Notes under the pieces: model-generated | The model's input: only the letters and a program-made list of their open reading frames with translations | What the model was told of the DNA's origin: nothing | The model's database searches: none | Made by a program: the position numbers and the translations under genes | Part shown: piece by piece, positions 9,106 through 18,527 of the stretch | How positions within the stretch are numbered: the first letter of the stretch is position 1 | How the letters are laid out: the number at the start of each line of letters is the position of its first letter | NCBI GenBank assembly: GCA_030649135.1 | Contig: JAUSGI010000007.1 | Span: 1 to 51,165, forward strand | Length of the DNA: 51,165 nt | Reading direction: 5' to 3' | From: a bacterium | GTDB lineage: Bacteria > Patescibacteriota > Minisyncoccia > Phycocordibacterales > Zambryskibacteraceae

Positions 9106-11073
9106 TTACGGGAAGGAAACGTCAGCTGTTCTCCAGTCTGTGGTCGTAGCCATGAAGGTAGTTCTCTGGATAACAGTTGAAAGATCTTTTGCAATCCATT
9201 CGAAGCCTTCGAAGCCGACTGCGTAGAGACTACCAAGGGTAGCTGAAACACCGTCTGCTGACCTACCAAGAATCGTCCAGGTAACAGGGATGGTAACTTC
9301 AGCGTTTTCAGCCAAGACACAACTATTCGTACCGGTTGAAACACAAGCGGTAGGAATAGAGTACGAGGATGAGGTAGCCTTGCTACCGAACGTGCCGTCG
9401 TAGGTGCCGTTGCGGTAGAGTGCGAACGAGCCCGTGGAGCTTGCGAAGAGAGGCGAGCCAGAAGCCACAGTACCAAGAGTGAGGTCGCCACCAACTGCTT
9501 TAACCTTGAAGTTGAATGTCGCGCTCAAGGTAGAAGTGCTAGAACCACCAGCAAATGGTATACCTTGAGGCACACCGTCTGTAGTGATTGACTTGGAAAC
9601 CAGGGTAAGTTGAGGACCAACCTTTCTGACCTCAATAACTTTACCAGTGGCAGAACCGGATTCAGTCAAACCAGTGCCAGCTGCGTTCTCTGAAGTAACA
9701 TCACCAGTGTCAATGTTAGCATCGAAGCTGTTAGAGGCAGCATCTACGCCACGGATATCAACCTTGACCGAAAGAGTCTTAGTTGTGTCCACTGGAATGA
9801 TGTAATCAATGTCAGTGAAGGTGGCGCTGTCCGAACCCGTAAGTTCGACGAGAGTTGCCGAACCTACTTTAACAGCGGGTGATACAGAAACATCGTAGAG
9901 CCAAGCGGTTGTCGCAGTGGCTGTATCAGCACCGGTCATGTTGACGTCAACAATAAGGTCGGTAAGAGTAACGTTGTCTTTTTCAGCTCTGAAGTCAGCC
10001 CTCAAGAGTTCTAGTTCATCACATTCATCTTCTGTTGAACTTCCGGTGCAGATGACTTGATTGGCAAGAGGACTGTTGGCATTGAGAGAAACGGCCAAAG
10101 TAGCACTCTCGGAAAGTTCGCTTTCAGAGGTGAAGTCGCGATTGAAGGCAGTAGCTGGACCATATTGGTTCACAGCCGCACCATCCACTCCGCGGACGCC
10201 ATCAACAGGAACGGTCAGTCTCCATGAGTCGCCGTTGAAGGTGTCATCCCATGCGCCCAGTGCATCAAGAGCAACGGAGAGAACTTTTGTTGTGCCCTTT
10301 GGAACAACAAAGCTCAAACCGGAAACTGTGATGTAGTAGCTGGTGCCATCCTTAACTATGGTGTCGATGTTAAGGTCAGATGAACCAAGTACGGTGGAAC
10401 CGTCCTTGATGTAGATCTTGTCAGCAATCTTCCTGTAGAAATCAGTGTCTGAAGTTGAAGTAGTATCGTTCTCATCAAGCTTCAATTTGACTCTCTCAAT
10501 CTTGATGTCAGAAGACTTGGCTTCCAGTTTGATGCCAAGAACATCTCTGTTCGTGTCTCCTTCATACAACTTTACTCCAGCGGGAGACGGATTGAGGGAA
10601 ACGGTAACGGTGCCTTCTACACCAATAGTAGTAATGCCACCGCCTCCACCCGGAGGAGGAACGGTTACAACACCACCACCTGCGTTAGCTTTTGCTCTGG
10701 AGATTGCACCCCAGTAACCAGCTGTCGGAGAAACTCCGTTAGCTGCTTGCCACCTAGCGACAGCGGCCTTTGTAAGAGAGCCGAAGTAACCCATGGCTAC
10801 GCCTGCTGGCATAACTAGGTGACCTTCCGCTACAAGCTTTTGCTGAAGAGCAACAACTTCCGCACCTCTCGAACCAACAGTCAGGTTTAGAGTGAAGGTT
10901 GTACCGGTTGATACAGCGCTTCCCTGAAGAGTGGCAAGTTGTGCCATAAGTGCATTGATTTGTGCCTGAAGTTCAGCAATGGTCACAGCACCCGCCATCG
11001 GTACAAAAGAACCGAAGACAAGTGTTGCGCCGGCTGCGATTCCAGCAATCTTTGCAATTTTAATTTTTATCAT
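9106..11073 (-). CDS. Large cell-surface protein: TM anchor, coiled motif, peptidoglycan-binding domain, Ig-like beta repeats
   Basis: MIKIKIAKIAGIAAGATLVF TM, TIAELQAQINALMAQLATLQ, then LTVGSRGAEVVALQQKL...FG.LT..AV..WQ..NGV PG_binding_1-like, then a long Thr/Ser/Val-rich region. The track start at 11109 is probably an upstream extension. Confidence 0.7.
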   Translation of the reverse strand: MIKIKIAKIAGIAAGATLVFGSFVPMAGAVTIAELQAQINALMAQLATLQGSAVSTGTTFTLNLTVGSRGAEVVALQQKLVAEGHLVMPAGVAMGYFGSLTKAAVARWQAANGVSPTAGYWGAISRAKANAGGGVVTVPPPGGGGGITTIGVEGTVTVSLNPSPAGVKLYEGDTNRDVLGIKLEAKSSDIKIERVKLKLDENDTTSTSDTDFYRKIADKIYIKDGSTVLGSSDLNIDTIVKDGTSYYITVSGLSFVVPKGTTKVLSVALDALGAWDDTFNGDSWRLTVPVDGVRGVDGAAVNQYGPATAFNRDFTSESELSESATLAVSLNANSPLANQVICTGSSTEDECDELELLRADFRAEKDNVTLTDLIVDVNMTGADTATATTAWLYDVSVSPAVKVGSATLVELTGSDSATFTDIDYIIPVDTTKTLSVKVDIRGVDAASNSFDANIDTGDVTSENAAGTGLTESGSATGKVIEVRKVGPQLTLVSKSITTDGVPQGIPFAGGSSTSTLSATFNFKVKAVGGDLTLGTVASGSPLFASSTGSFALYRNGTYDGTFGSKATSSSYSIPTACVSTGTNSCVLAENAEVTIPVTWTILGRSADGVSATLGSLYAVGFEGFEWIAKDLSTVIQRTTFMATTTDWRTADVSFP

Positions 11074-11274
11074 TGTTAATTTATTTTCTAATGCGTGAGT
11101 ACTTCCCAATAATTTCTAATATTTGCTCGGGTTGCGTCACGTGTACTAATTTTTGCCGAGAACGGATAAGCCTTTCCCGGCAAGTGTCTATTAATGTAAT
11201 GCCCACACCCCTAGATTATAAGGGATACTTCGGCAAGTGCCAAATATACTGTGGATAACAGTACAATACATGTT

Positions 11275-11883
11275 TTATGGGTATGAAGCAAGGGTGTAAC
11301 GGCTCCAGCGCTTCTCCCCCATTTTCCTAAGAATGCCGGCCCGTACCATGAGAGAGAGCTCACGCTGGATAGTTTTCTCGCTACAGTCACTAATGAGTGA
11401 GGAAACGTCCTTTATCATAACCTCCCTTTTACGTTTCAGAAGGGTGATAATAATGCCCTGCCGACTATTTTTCTTCACAGATACAGCCCCGAATTTTTTC
11501 AAAGATTTGTCCTTTATCGTATGACCCTCCCCCAACTGTTCTATTCTCTGCTTTGGAAAGTCCATACTGAGAAAATCCGAAATATTAGCAGAATAATCAA
11601 GCGTATCGGCATATTTTGTAAGTTCTTCTTGTATAAGGCCATGATTTTCTGCAGATACCAGTCCAACATTTTTCGCTACCGCAAGTAGGCCCATTATCTT
11701 TAGGACAATCTCTCTTATTTCTACGGCAACAATTTGTCTTTCTTTAAGAGACACGGCGGAAGAGACGAGCTCAGAAGCAAAAGTCCGTAGTTTCCATTTA
11801 AGTGGCTCTTGGTCACTTAAAAAGCCTGTAATTAAGTATATCGCCGAAGAAAGTTTCTCTGGTTTTCTGTCCTTTAATTCCAT
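11275..11883 (-). CDS. Putative transcriptional regulator (helical N-domain, C-terminal winged-helix)
   Basis: C-terminal IKDVSSLISDCSEKTIQRELSLMVRAGILRK resembles a DeoR/HTH_11-type wHTH. Confidence 0.45.
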   Translation of the reverse strand: MELKDRKPEKLSSAIYLITGFLSDQEPLKWKLRTFASELVSSAVSLKERQIVAVEIREIVLKIMGLLAVAKNVGLVSAENHGLIQEELTKYADTLDYSANISDFLSMDFPKQRIEQLGEGHTIKDKSLKKFGAVSVKKNSRQGIIITLLKRKREVMIKDVSSLISDCSEKTIQRELSLMVRAGILRKMGEKRWSRYTLASYP

Positions 11884-11998
11884 TATATTCTGTCCTTTAT
11901 ACTAAAGTAAGTCCATTATGAAGTTAAGGGACAAATTTTGCAACTCCGATGGAAAATGGAGGGGGCATGTTATTATTAGGAAAACACTTTAAATCACT

Positions 11999-14167
11999 AT
12001 GGCAAAAAATGGAAAGAAACGAAGCAGAGATTGGGACGAAGATAGGATGTCGATTTTCAGACTCACTTCCAGAGAAACAGCCAACGGTATCTTGGGTGTA
12101 TTTTCAGTCGTGCTCTCTATCTTCCTTCTTTTGGGTGCCTTCGACCTGGCTGGTCAGGCCGGCACAGTAGTCTATAATTGGCTCTCTTATCTATTCGGCT
12201 TCGGTTACTATCTTTTGCCTGTAGTATTCCTCTTATTGGCCATATCGTTTCTCCGAGAACAGGAAAGAGACTTTGCCATGCCACAGATATTCGGCTCACT
12301 TATCCTTTTTCTCTCCTCTCTGGGTCTGGTCAATCTTTTCTCGGATGAGGGCGGTATTATCGGCGGTCTCATATCTAAACCTCTGGACTCTGTCTTTCAC
12401 ATCTATTTCAGCACGGTGATACTTTCAGCGTTACTTGTCGTCTCAATCTTAGTGATATTCAACACTTCCATAAAATTTGATGCTTTCTCATTTGTCAGAA
12501 AATTTTTCTCTAAGAAGGATGCCGGCACTCTAGCCACCGGGGAAAATGCCGCTGTTGACAAAGCGGTAGAGAAAATGGAAAAAACCGGAATACAAAGTGA
12601 AGAGCTGGCGCGAACGGGAGCAGTCCGCGATAAATCAAAAAACGAGGAGGGAGGATTCATACCGGAGATTAGACGCCGAAGCGGTAAGCGTTGGGTGCCT
12701 CCGCCAATATCACTTCTAGAAGGAGATCGCGGCAAGCCGGGTGTTGGCGACATCAAGGCCAACGCCAATTTGATTAAACGCACTCTCTTAAACTTCGGCA
12801 TTGTGGTTGAAATGGATGAAATCTCAATTGGCCCATCTGTCACCCGCTATGCTCTGAAACCGGCCGAAGGCGTCAAACTCTCGAAAATTATGGGACTCCA
12901 AAATAATCTCGAGTTGGCGCTTGCGGCACATCCGGTGCGTATCGAAGCGCCCATTCCGGGCAAGTCACTCGTAGGCATTGAGGTCCCCAATACACTCAAG
13001 TCCACCATTGGTCTCGGCTCGCTGGTTGCTGATGAAGAATTTACTCGTAGCGCGCTACCACTCCTAGTCTCACTCGGCCGAGATATCCCCGGCCGGTCAC
13101 ACTTTGCTAACCTCGGTAGAATGCCGCATCTCTTGATAGCCGGTGCCACCGGTTCCGGCAAATCTGTGACAATTCACGCCATCATCACTTCCCTGCTCTA
13201 CAGAAACCCGCCGGACAATCTCAAGTTCCTGATGATAGACCCCAAGCGTGTGGAACTGACCATGTACAACAATATTCCCCATCTGCTGACTCCCGTAATC
13301 ACCGACCCGAAGAAAGCTATTCTGGCACTAAAATGGGTGGCCAAAGAGATGGAACGCCGTTACGGCATCCTTGAAAAAAACAGCGTGCGGGACATCGATT
13401 CGTATCATAAGAATGAGAAGCCCGATGAGCCGATGCCTTTTATCATCGTCATCATAGACGAACTGGCCGACCTGATGCAGTCTTATCCGCGAGAACTTGA
13501 AGCTGCCGTGGTACGTCTGGCACAGATGAGTCGCGCCGTCGGCATCCATCTCATCCTCTCTACCCAGAGGCCGTCAGTAAATATCATTACCGGATTGATT
13601 AAGGCTAATATTCCGGCGCGTATCGCTTTGCAAGTGTCATCGCAAATTGATTCGCGTACGATTCTCGATGCGGCTGGCGCCGAGAAGCTTCTCGGCGCCG
13701 GCGACATGCTCTTCCTCTCCGGAGAGATGTCTAAGCCATTGCGTATCCAGTCTGCTTACATCTCGGAGAAAGAGGTGAAGGCGGTCACCAAGTACCTTTC
13801 CGATACTTACGCCGACGAACTTCAAACCGAAATTAATTTATCCAGCGACAACACCGCTAATGCCATCTTCACGGCGTCACTCGAGGAAGATTCGTATAGT
13901 GGGGATGATGACGAACTTTACGAAGAGGCGCGGGAAACTGTCATCCAGGCAGGTAAAGCCTCAACCTCATTTCTCCAGCGCAAATTGCGCATCGGCTACG
14001 CTCGTGCCGCGCGTCTGGTAGACATGCTCGAGGAACGCGGAGTAGTAGGTCAAGGATTTGGAGCCAAGGCGCGGGAAGTCATCGGGGCTGAAGTGGCCCA
14101 CCTGCCGGACAGGCAGGAAAGTGCCGAACCGGAAGTAGACAGAGAGAATACCGGGGAATCAGTATGA
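11999..14167 (+). CDS. ftsK: DNA translocase FtsK/SpoIIIE
   Basis: N-terminal TM helices, Walker A LIAGATGSGKSV, Walker B FIIVIIDELADLM, and C-terminal gamma wHTH (SFLQRKLRIGYARAARLVDMLEERGVV). Confidence 0.92.
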   Translation: MAKNGKKRSRDWDEDRMSIFRLTSRETANGILGVFSVVLSIFLLLGAFDLAGQAGTVVYNWLSYLFGFGYYLLPVVFLLLAISFLREQERDFAMPQIFGSLILFLSSLGLVNLFSDEGGIIGGLISKPLDSVFHIYFSTVILSALLVVSILVIFNTSIKFDAFSFVRKFFSKKDAGTLATGENAAVDKAVEKMEKTGIQSEELARTGAVRDKSKNEEGGFIPEIRRRSGKRWVPPPISLLEGDRGKPGVGDIKANANLIKRTLLNFGIVVEMDEISIGPSVTRYALKPAEGVKLSKIMGLQNNLELALAAHPVRIEAPIPGKSLVGIEVPNTLKSTIGLGSLVADEEFTRSALPLLVSLGRDIPGRSHFANLGRMPHLLIAGATGSGKSVTIHAIITSLLYRNPPDNLKFLMIDPKRVELTMYNNIPHLLTPVITDPKKAILALKWVAKEMERRYGILEKNSVRDIDSYHKNEKPDEPMPFIIVIIDELADLMQSYPRELEAAVVRLAQMSRAVGIHLILSTQRPSVNIITGLIKANIPARIALQVSSQIDSRTILDAAGAEKLLGAGDMLFLSGEMSKPLRIQSAYISEKEVKAVTKYLSDTYADELQTEINLSSDNTANAIFTASLEEDSYSGDDDELYEEARETVIQAGKASTSFLQRKLRIGYARAARLVDMLEERGVVGQGFGAKAREVIGAEVAHLPDRQESAEPEVDRENTGESV

Positions 14168-14511
14168 CAAAAATAATGGTCATTAAACCAAAATATGCGC
14201 TCTTAATCGCATTCTTCGTGCTTCTTGCTTCTTATTCCTTGTATCAGGCGCGGGCTCTCCTGGTCGGCCCACAGATTTGGATTGAAAGTCCTAAAGACGG
14301 ACAGGTGGTCGAGAGCCCTCTCGTTGTGGCGACCGGCCGAGCGAAAAACATTGCCTGGATTAGTTTCAATGACCGACAGATATTTACGGACGAAAAAGGG
14401 GCGTGGAGCGAGAAATTGTTAGTCTCTCCCGGCTTGAGTATAATGACCGTGAAGGCCCGCGACCGCTTCGGCCGAGAGATAGAGAAAAGTATACAAATTG
14501 TCTTAAAATAA
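14164..14511 (+). CDS. Hypothetical membrane-anchored protein (115 aa)
   Basis: ATGA overlap with the ftsK stop. N-terminal TM then a beta-rich domain. Confidence 0.5.
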   Translation: MTKIMVIKPKYALLIAFFVLLASYSLYQARALLVGPQIWIESPKDGQVVESPLVVATGRAKNIAWISFNDRQIFTDEKGAWSEKLLVSPGLSIMTVKARDRFGREIEKSIQIVLK

Positions 14512-14518
14512 ATTTCAA

Positions 14519-15529
14519 ATGGTAAAACTAAAAAATATAGAAGATAAGAGTCAGGGTAAAAATATAGATGCTACTCTAGATGCGATCAGGACCAAATTCG
14601 GCGAGGACTCAATCATGAAGCTTGGAGACAAACCTAGAGTAGGCATAGATGCCATCTCCACCGGCTCTATAGGCCTGGATGCCGCGCTCGGCGTCGGCGG
14701 TCTACCACGAGGTAGAATTATAGAAATTTTCGGTCCGGAATCTTCAGGCAAGACCACCCTCTCGCTCCATGTTATAGCCGAGGCACAGAAGACAGGCGGC
14801 ATTTGCGCCTTCATCGATGCCGAACACGCTATGGACCCGGAGTACTCCAAGCGTCTCGGTGTCAAAATCGATGAGCTCTTAATCTCCCAGCCGGATACAG
14901 GCGAACAGGCCCTTGAGATTGTGGACTCCTTAGTGCGCTCCGGCAAAATTGACGTCATCGTCATAGACTCGGTAGCGGCACTTACTCCTAAAGACGAGAT
15001 TGAGGGCGACATGGGAGCATATCACGTTGGCAAACAAGCGCGCTTGATGAGTCAGGCCTTGCGCAAGCTCACCGCCATCGTGGCGAAGTCTAAAACTATC
15101 GTTATCTTCATCAATCAAATCCGCATGCATATAGGCGTGATGTTCGGGAATCCCGAAACTACCCCGGGCGGCAAGGCGCTTAAATTTTATACCTCGGTGC
15201 GCCTAGACATTCGCCGCATTGCCCAGATTAAAAAGGGTGAGGAGGTCATGGGGGGACGCACTCGGGTCAAGGTGGTGAAGAATAAGGTGGCGGCGCCATT
15301 CCGACAGACAGAGTTTGACCTGATGTATAACGAAGGCATTTCGCGAGAGGGCGAGCTCATCGCGCTCGGCGAGAAATTTGGCATTATGAAAAAGTCCGGC
15401 AATTCTTATGAGTATGGGGAGACTAAACTTGGCCGCGGCTACGACGCCACTCGTCAATTCCTACGCGAAAACAAAAAAATTTCAGACCAAATTCTCAAAG
15501 ACATTCATGCTAAACTTAAGGAAACCTAA
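14519..15529 (+). CDS. recA: Recombinase RecA
   Basis: GPESSGKTT Walker A and conserved IDAEHA, L1/L2 loop regions. Confidence 0.95.
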   Translation: MVKLKNIEDKSQGKNIDATLDAIRTKFGEDSIMKLGDKPRVGIDAISTGSIGLDAALGVGGLPRGRIIEIFGPESSGKTTLSLHVIAEAQKTGGICAFIDAEHAMDPEYSKRLGVKIDELLISQPDTGEQALEIVDSLVRSGKIDVIVIDSVAALTPKDEIEGDMGAYHVGKQARLMSQALRKLTAIVAKSKTIVIFINQIRMHIGVMFGNPETTPGGKALKFYTSVRLDIRRIAQIKKGEEVMGGRTRVKVVKNKVAAPFRQTEFDLMYNEGISREGELIALGEKFGIMKKSGNSYEYGETKLGRGYDATRQFLRENKKISDQILKDIHAKLKET

Positions 15530-16166
15530 ACTCGTCAACCTCGCAGGTCGACAACTTTAGTAGTTCCTTTTCATAAATTTCTGGCTTCACGTCAAATAGT
15601 TCGTAAAATAATTTTTTATTTATAATTTGCTCCATTGCCCCGTCTCCAAAGTAGTCCTTAAAACTAGACCATTTATAAGTTCTTAGAAAATCTAGAGCTT
15701 TTCTATTATTTCGAGTGGACATGTTTTTGCGATCCGAAGGAATAAGATCTAAAGGATTGATATCAATATAGTATGGAATATAAAGATATTGCCTCTCGTC
15801 AGTGATGGGAATTACCTTAGCCCTATTCTGAAAGACATAACCACTTCTCCCTTTGTTCCTTATATTGAAATACTTAGTAAATGCATTACCCAGACGTTTA
15901 GTAAATTCAATAATCCCTCCTTCGACTGCTTCATGAAGCAACAAGTGATAGTGGTTAGGCAGGAGACTCCATTTTAAAATTTCTACTAACTTTTCTCGCT
16001 CTGGTAACTTCGCCGCCTCAAAAATATTTTTAACTGTTCGGACCTTTCCTTTTTTATTGTTAAGTAAGAAAAGATTCTCAACAAACCTCTGGTAATCGCG
16101 ACCGTCATTGAAAATTTTGCGCTTTTCTATCCCCCGATTGCATACATGAGCGATGTCTCCAATCAT
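15516..16166 (-). CDS. tnpA: IS200-like / REP-associated tyrosine (Y1 HUH) transposase, second paralogue
   Basis: [13 protein letters not shown] and Tyr region [12 protein letters not shown]. About 40% identical to the first copy over the core. The ORF tail overlaps the recA stop by 14 nt. Confidence 0.75.
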   Translation of the reverse strand: MIGDIAHVCNRGIEKRKIFNDGRDYQRFVENLFLLNNKKGKVRTVKNIFEAAKLPEREKLVEILKWSLLPNHYHLLLHEAVEGGIIEFTKRLGNAFTKYFNIRNKGRSGYVFQNRAKVIPITDERQYLYIPYYIDINPLDLIPSDRKNMSTRNNRKALDFLRTYKWSSFKDYFGDGAMEQIINKKLFYELFDVKPEIYEKELLKLSTCEVDEFRFP

Positions 16167-16219
16167 TCTATAATTTTAAACCAATCTCCCGAAACTTGTC
16201 AACCTCGCAGGTTAACGAG
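15531..16219 (-). mobile_element. Minimal IS200/IS605-family (RAYT-like) element 2 flanked by 15-bp direct repeats GTCAACCTCGCAGGT
   Basis: Repeats at 15534-15548 and 16198-16212 (extended imperfect 25 bp). Each contains the ACCT-CGC-AGGT mini-hairpin. They bracket the second HUH-Y1 gene, and the element abuts and overlaps the recA 3' end. Confidence 0.65.
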
Positions 16220-16220
16220 T

Positions 16221-16264
16221 GATAACAGAAAACCGGCCGAAGCAGGTTTCCTGCCTCGCCGGTT
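16221..16264 (-). terminator. Imperfect long hairpin (aaccggc...gccggtt) after small ORF
   Basis: The inverted repeat overlaps the stop of ORF 16263-16448 and is followed on the minus strand by ttctgtt. Confidence 0.45.
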
Positions 16265-16448
16265 AGACTAGTACCTTTTCTGCATAGTACATGATGCAAA
16301 TTTCCGGACGTTCCTGCCAAGCCTGCTGGTCAGGGATTCCAGGAGAAACTTTCAGAACCACGAACTCTCCAGGTGCCAGTTTGTTGTCGTTAATGAAAGC
16401 CAGAACGTCATCATATAGACGGAATCGCCCAAGGAACCAGCTCTTCAT
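16263..16448 (-). CDS. Small hypothetical protein (61 aa) with strong RBS
   Basis: GGGAGG lies 7 nt upstream of the ATG, and a hairpin follows the ORF. No homology recognised. Confidence 0.45.
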   Translation of the reverse strand: MKSWFLGRFRLYDDVLAFINDNKLAPGEFVVLKVSPGIPDQQAWQERPEICIMYYAEKVLV

Positions 16449-16560
16449 TTTTCAAACCTCCCATGTTAATTTTGTACATTTGTCCTAATTATACACCATA
16501 CTAGTATTATGTCAAGTATATTTCGTGACTTAAATTAGCTATATTTTATATCTTACAAAA

Positions 16561-17121
16561 ATGCTCGACTATAACGAAGTCAAGGAGGGGAAATATATTG
16601 TTTTCGAAGGTGAGCCGTACGAGGTCATTGGTTCGCACGTTTTCCGTAAACAACAGAGGAAACCGGTTAATGCCGCCAAGCTTAAAAGTCTCTTGACCGG
16701 AAGAATCGTTGAACACTCTTTCCACTCCTCTGACAAAGTAAAAGAAGCCGATATTAATAAGAAAGAAGTAAAATATTTATACGCTAATAAAGGAGAGTAC
16801 TGGTTTTCCGAAGCCAATGACCCATCAAAGCGATTTAAATTATCGGAAGAAATAATCGGTCCAGCCGCAAAGTTTCTCAAGCCAAACATTTTGGTAGATG
16901 CCATGCTCTTTGATGAACGTATTATCGGCCTAAAACTGCCTATCAAAATGGAGCTAGAGGTTACCGAGGCCCAAGAGACTACCAAAGGCAACACCGCCCA
17001 AGGCGCCACTAAAATGGTCAGACTCGAGACAGGAGTCGAGATTCAAGTGCCGATGTTTATCAAAGAGGGAGATGTGGTACGGGTGAATACGGAGACCGGC
17101 GAGTATACAGATCGAAGATAA
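16561..17121 (+). CDS. efp: Elongation factor P
   Basis: 186 aa, KOW-like N-domain with a conserved Lys region (FRKQQRKP) and two OB domains typical of EF-P. Confidence 0.9.
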   Translation: MLDYNEVKEGKYIVFEGEPYEVIGSHVFRKQQRKPVNAAKLKSLLTGRIVEHSFHSSDKVKEADINKKEVKYLYANKGEYWFSEANDPSKRFKLSEEIIGPAAKFLKPNILVDAMLFDERIIGLKLPIKMELEVTEAQETTKGNTAQGATKMVRLETGVEIQVPMFIKEGDVVRVNTETGEYTDRR

Positions 17122-17362
17122 GACCAGTCAGAAGGCCCACTAAACTCCAGTATATAAGGACGAACCATAATTCATTTACCAGGACCAAATTTGCGCCGAC
17201 CATTTTGTAAACAAAGATTAAAGGCAGAAATATCGGCACAGCCAGACTGTCCGCAAAACAGCCGGCGCCAGCTTGTGTCGGACATGCTACTTTCAAGATA
17301 AGTGTGAGCCCAACAAGTGCCGGTCCAAAGAGCGCCCCTTGAATAAAATACGGTAAACGCAT
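17060..17362 (-). CDS. Possible small membrane protein (doubtful)
   Basis: Hydrophobic 100-aa ORF downstream of rpsR. Its convergent 62-nt overlap with efp and lack of an RBS reduce confidence. Confidence 0.25.
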   Translation of the reverse strand: MRLPYFIQGALFGPALVGLTLILKVACPTQAGAGCFADSLAVPIFLPLIFVYKMVGANLVLVNELWFVLIYWSLVGLLTGLIFDLYTRRSPYSPVPHLPL

Positions 17363-17400
17363 CTATAAATTATAACCTAGTTAGCGAGATACGCCCCGCC

Positions 17401-17604
17401 TTAGCGAGACACATATGGCAAGAGACCGAGAAACCGAGCACGTTTGACGGCCAAAGCGAGCGCTCGTTCAAACTTAGCGGGAAGACCAGAGCGCTTGTGT
17501 GATTGAATACGCGCGTGAGGCGTAAGAAACTTCTTAAGAGTCTCGACATCTTTGTAATCGATATGCTCAATCTTATTATCTTTGAAATAATTTTGTTTTC
17601 TCAT
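17401..17604 (-). CDS. rpsR: 30S ribosomal protein S18
   Basis: IDYKDVETLKKFLTPHARIQSHKRSGLPAKFERALALAVKRARFLGLLPY matches the S18 consensus. Confidence 0.9.
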   Translation of the reverse strand: MRKQNYFKDNKIEHIDYKDVETLKKFLTPHARIQSHKRSGLPAKFERALALAVKRARFLGLLPYVSR

Positions 17605-17630
17605 GTTTTATTTATAGTGAGCTCGCCGAA

Positions 17631-18083
17631 CTAAAAGGGAATGTCGTCTACGTTAACATTGTCTTCTGGATAGTCGATTGCATCTGCTGGCGGAACATCA
17701 TTAGTATCAGCCAGTTCACCCGTTACAGCTTTAGCGGCAGATGGGGCCGCACCATCACGCCTGGGACCAAACTGGATTCTGTCTGCCACCACTTCGGTGC
17801 GATATTTTTTAGTACCATCGGCCGCATCCCAACTTCTGGTCTGCATCCTACCTTCCACCAGAACACTTGAGCCCTTGCGCAGATATTGAGCGGTTGTTTC
17901 CGCTTGTCGGCCAAAGACGACTACATTGTGGTAATCGGTTGATTCCTGTTTTGCCCCAGCTTTATCTTTCCAAACGCGATTGGTGGCCACTCCCATCGTA
18001 GTAACTTGCACACCGGAAGACAGCGAACGAAGTTCCGGGTCGCGGGTCAGATTGCCGATGATGATGGCGCGATTGAAATACAT
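17631..18083 (-). CDS. ssb: Single-stranded DNA-binding protein
   Basis: OB fold (IIIGNLTRDPELR...), Gly/Pro-rich linker, and acidic C-terminal tip DDIPF. Confidence 0.9.
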   Translation of the reverse strand: MYFNRAIIIGNLTRDPELRSLSSGVQVTTMGVATNRVWKDKAGAKQESTDYHNVVVFGRQAETTAQYLRKGSSVLVEGRMQTRSWDAADGTKKYRTEVVADRIQFGPRRDGAAPSAAKAVTGELADTNDVPPADAIDYPEDNVNVDDIPF

Positions 18084-18087
18084 GGTT

Positions 18088-18519
18088 TTAGTTTACCACC
18101 GCTTCTTCGACAGAGCCAGAAACTGGCTCTTTCTTTTCTTCCTTTACCGCTCGGGCTTTGGCGAAAGTGAAGGTGGTCTGTCTTGGAGCTTTGACCAAGA
18201 GAAGTCGTAGAACTTCGTCTATTTTCTCTACACCGGACTTGATGGCTAGAATCTTTGCTCTATCAACCTCGAACTTAATCCAGCCGAGATATGCGTCAGT
18301 AAGCACGTAGCGGCTGGCGCCAATAGTCTTTGACATTGAGTAGGCCAAATTTTCTTTAAAAGGTTCCTCGGCGTCGATTTCTATACCGCCCTCTTTCGTA
18401 ATCACTTTTCGGATAGCGCCTGTGACATCGGAGAGTTTATCTTCCGGAATGCTCGGCAATACAAGATAGCCGATCTCGTAGACCTCAAGTTCCCCCGTTA
18501 GAGCCTCTGTATTTACCAT
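18088..18519 (-). CDS. rpsF: 30S ribosomal protein S6
   Basis: YEIGYLVLP...LAYSMSK pattern, placed in the rpsF-ssb-rpsR operon. Confidence 0.85.
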   Translation of the reverse strand: MVNTEALTGELEVYEIGYLVLPSIPEDKLSDVTGAIRKVITKEGGIEIDAEEPFKENLAYSMSKTIGASRYVLTDAYLGWIKFEVDRAKILAIKSGVEKIDEVLRLLLVKAPRQTTFTFAKARAVKEEKKEPVSGSVEEAVVN

Positions 18520-18527
18520 AAGTCGAA

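Noticed and set aside
9072-9494. 140-aa minus ORF overlapping the 3' end of the large surface-protein gene
   Set aside because: It is an alternative frame of a compositionally biased gene, Arg/Ser/Pro-rich, with no independent support.
12117-13825. Several minus-strand ORFs antisense to ftsK (12117..12299, 12403..12843, 12847..13161, 13097..13282, 13328..13549, 13483..13707, 13637..13825), and similar antisense ORFs inside recA, ileS, metG, glyQS and argS
   Set aside because: They are embedded in strongly supported conserved genes on the other strand and have biased composition.
17122-17400. Looked for tRNA or other RNA gene in the 280-bp gap between efp and rpsR
   Set aside because: No acceptor-stem/T-arm (GTTCRANYC) pattern was found by eye. 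The gap is partly covered by a doubtful hydrophobic ORF. No call was made.
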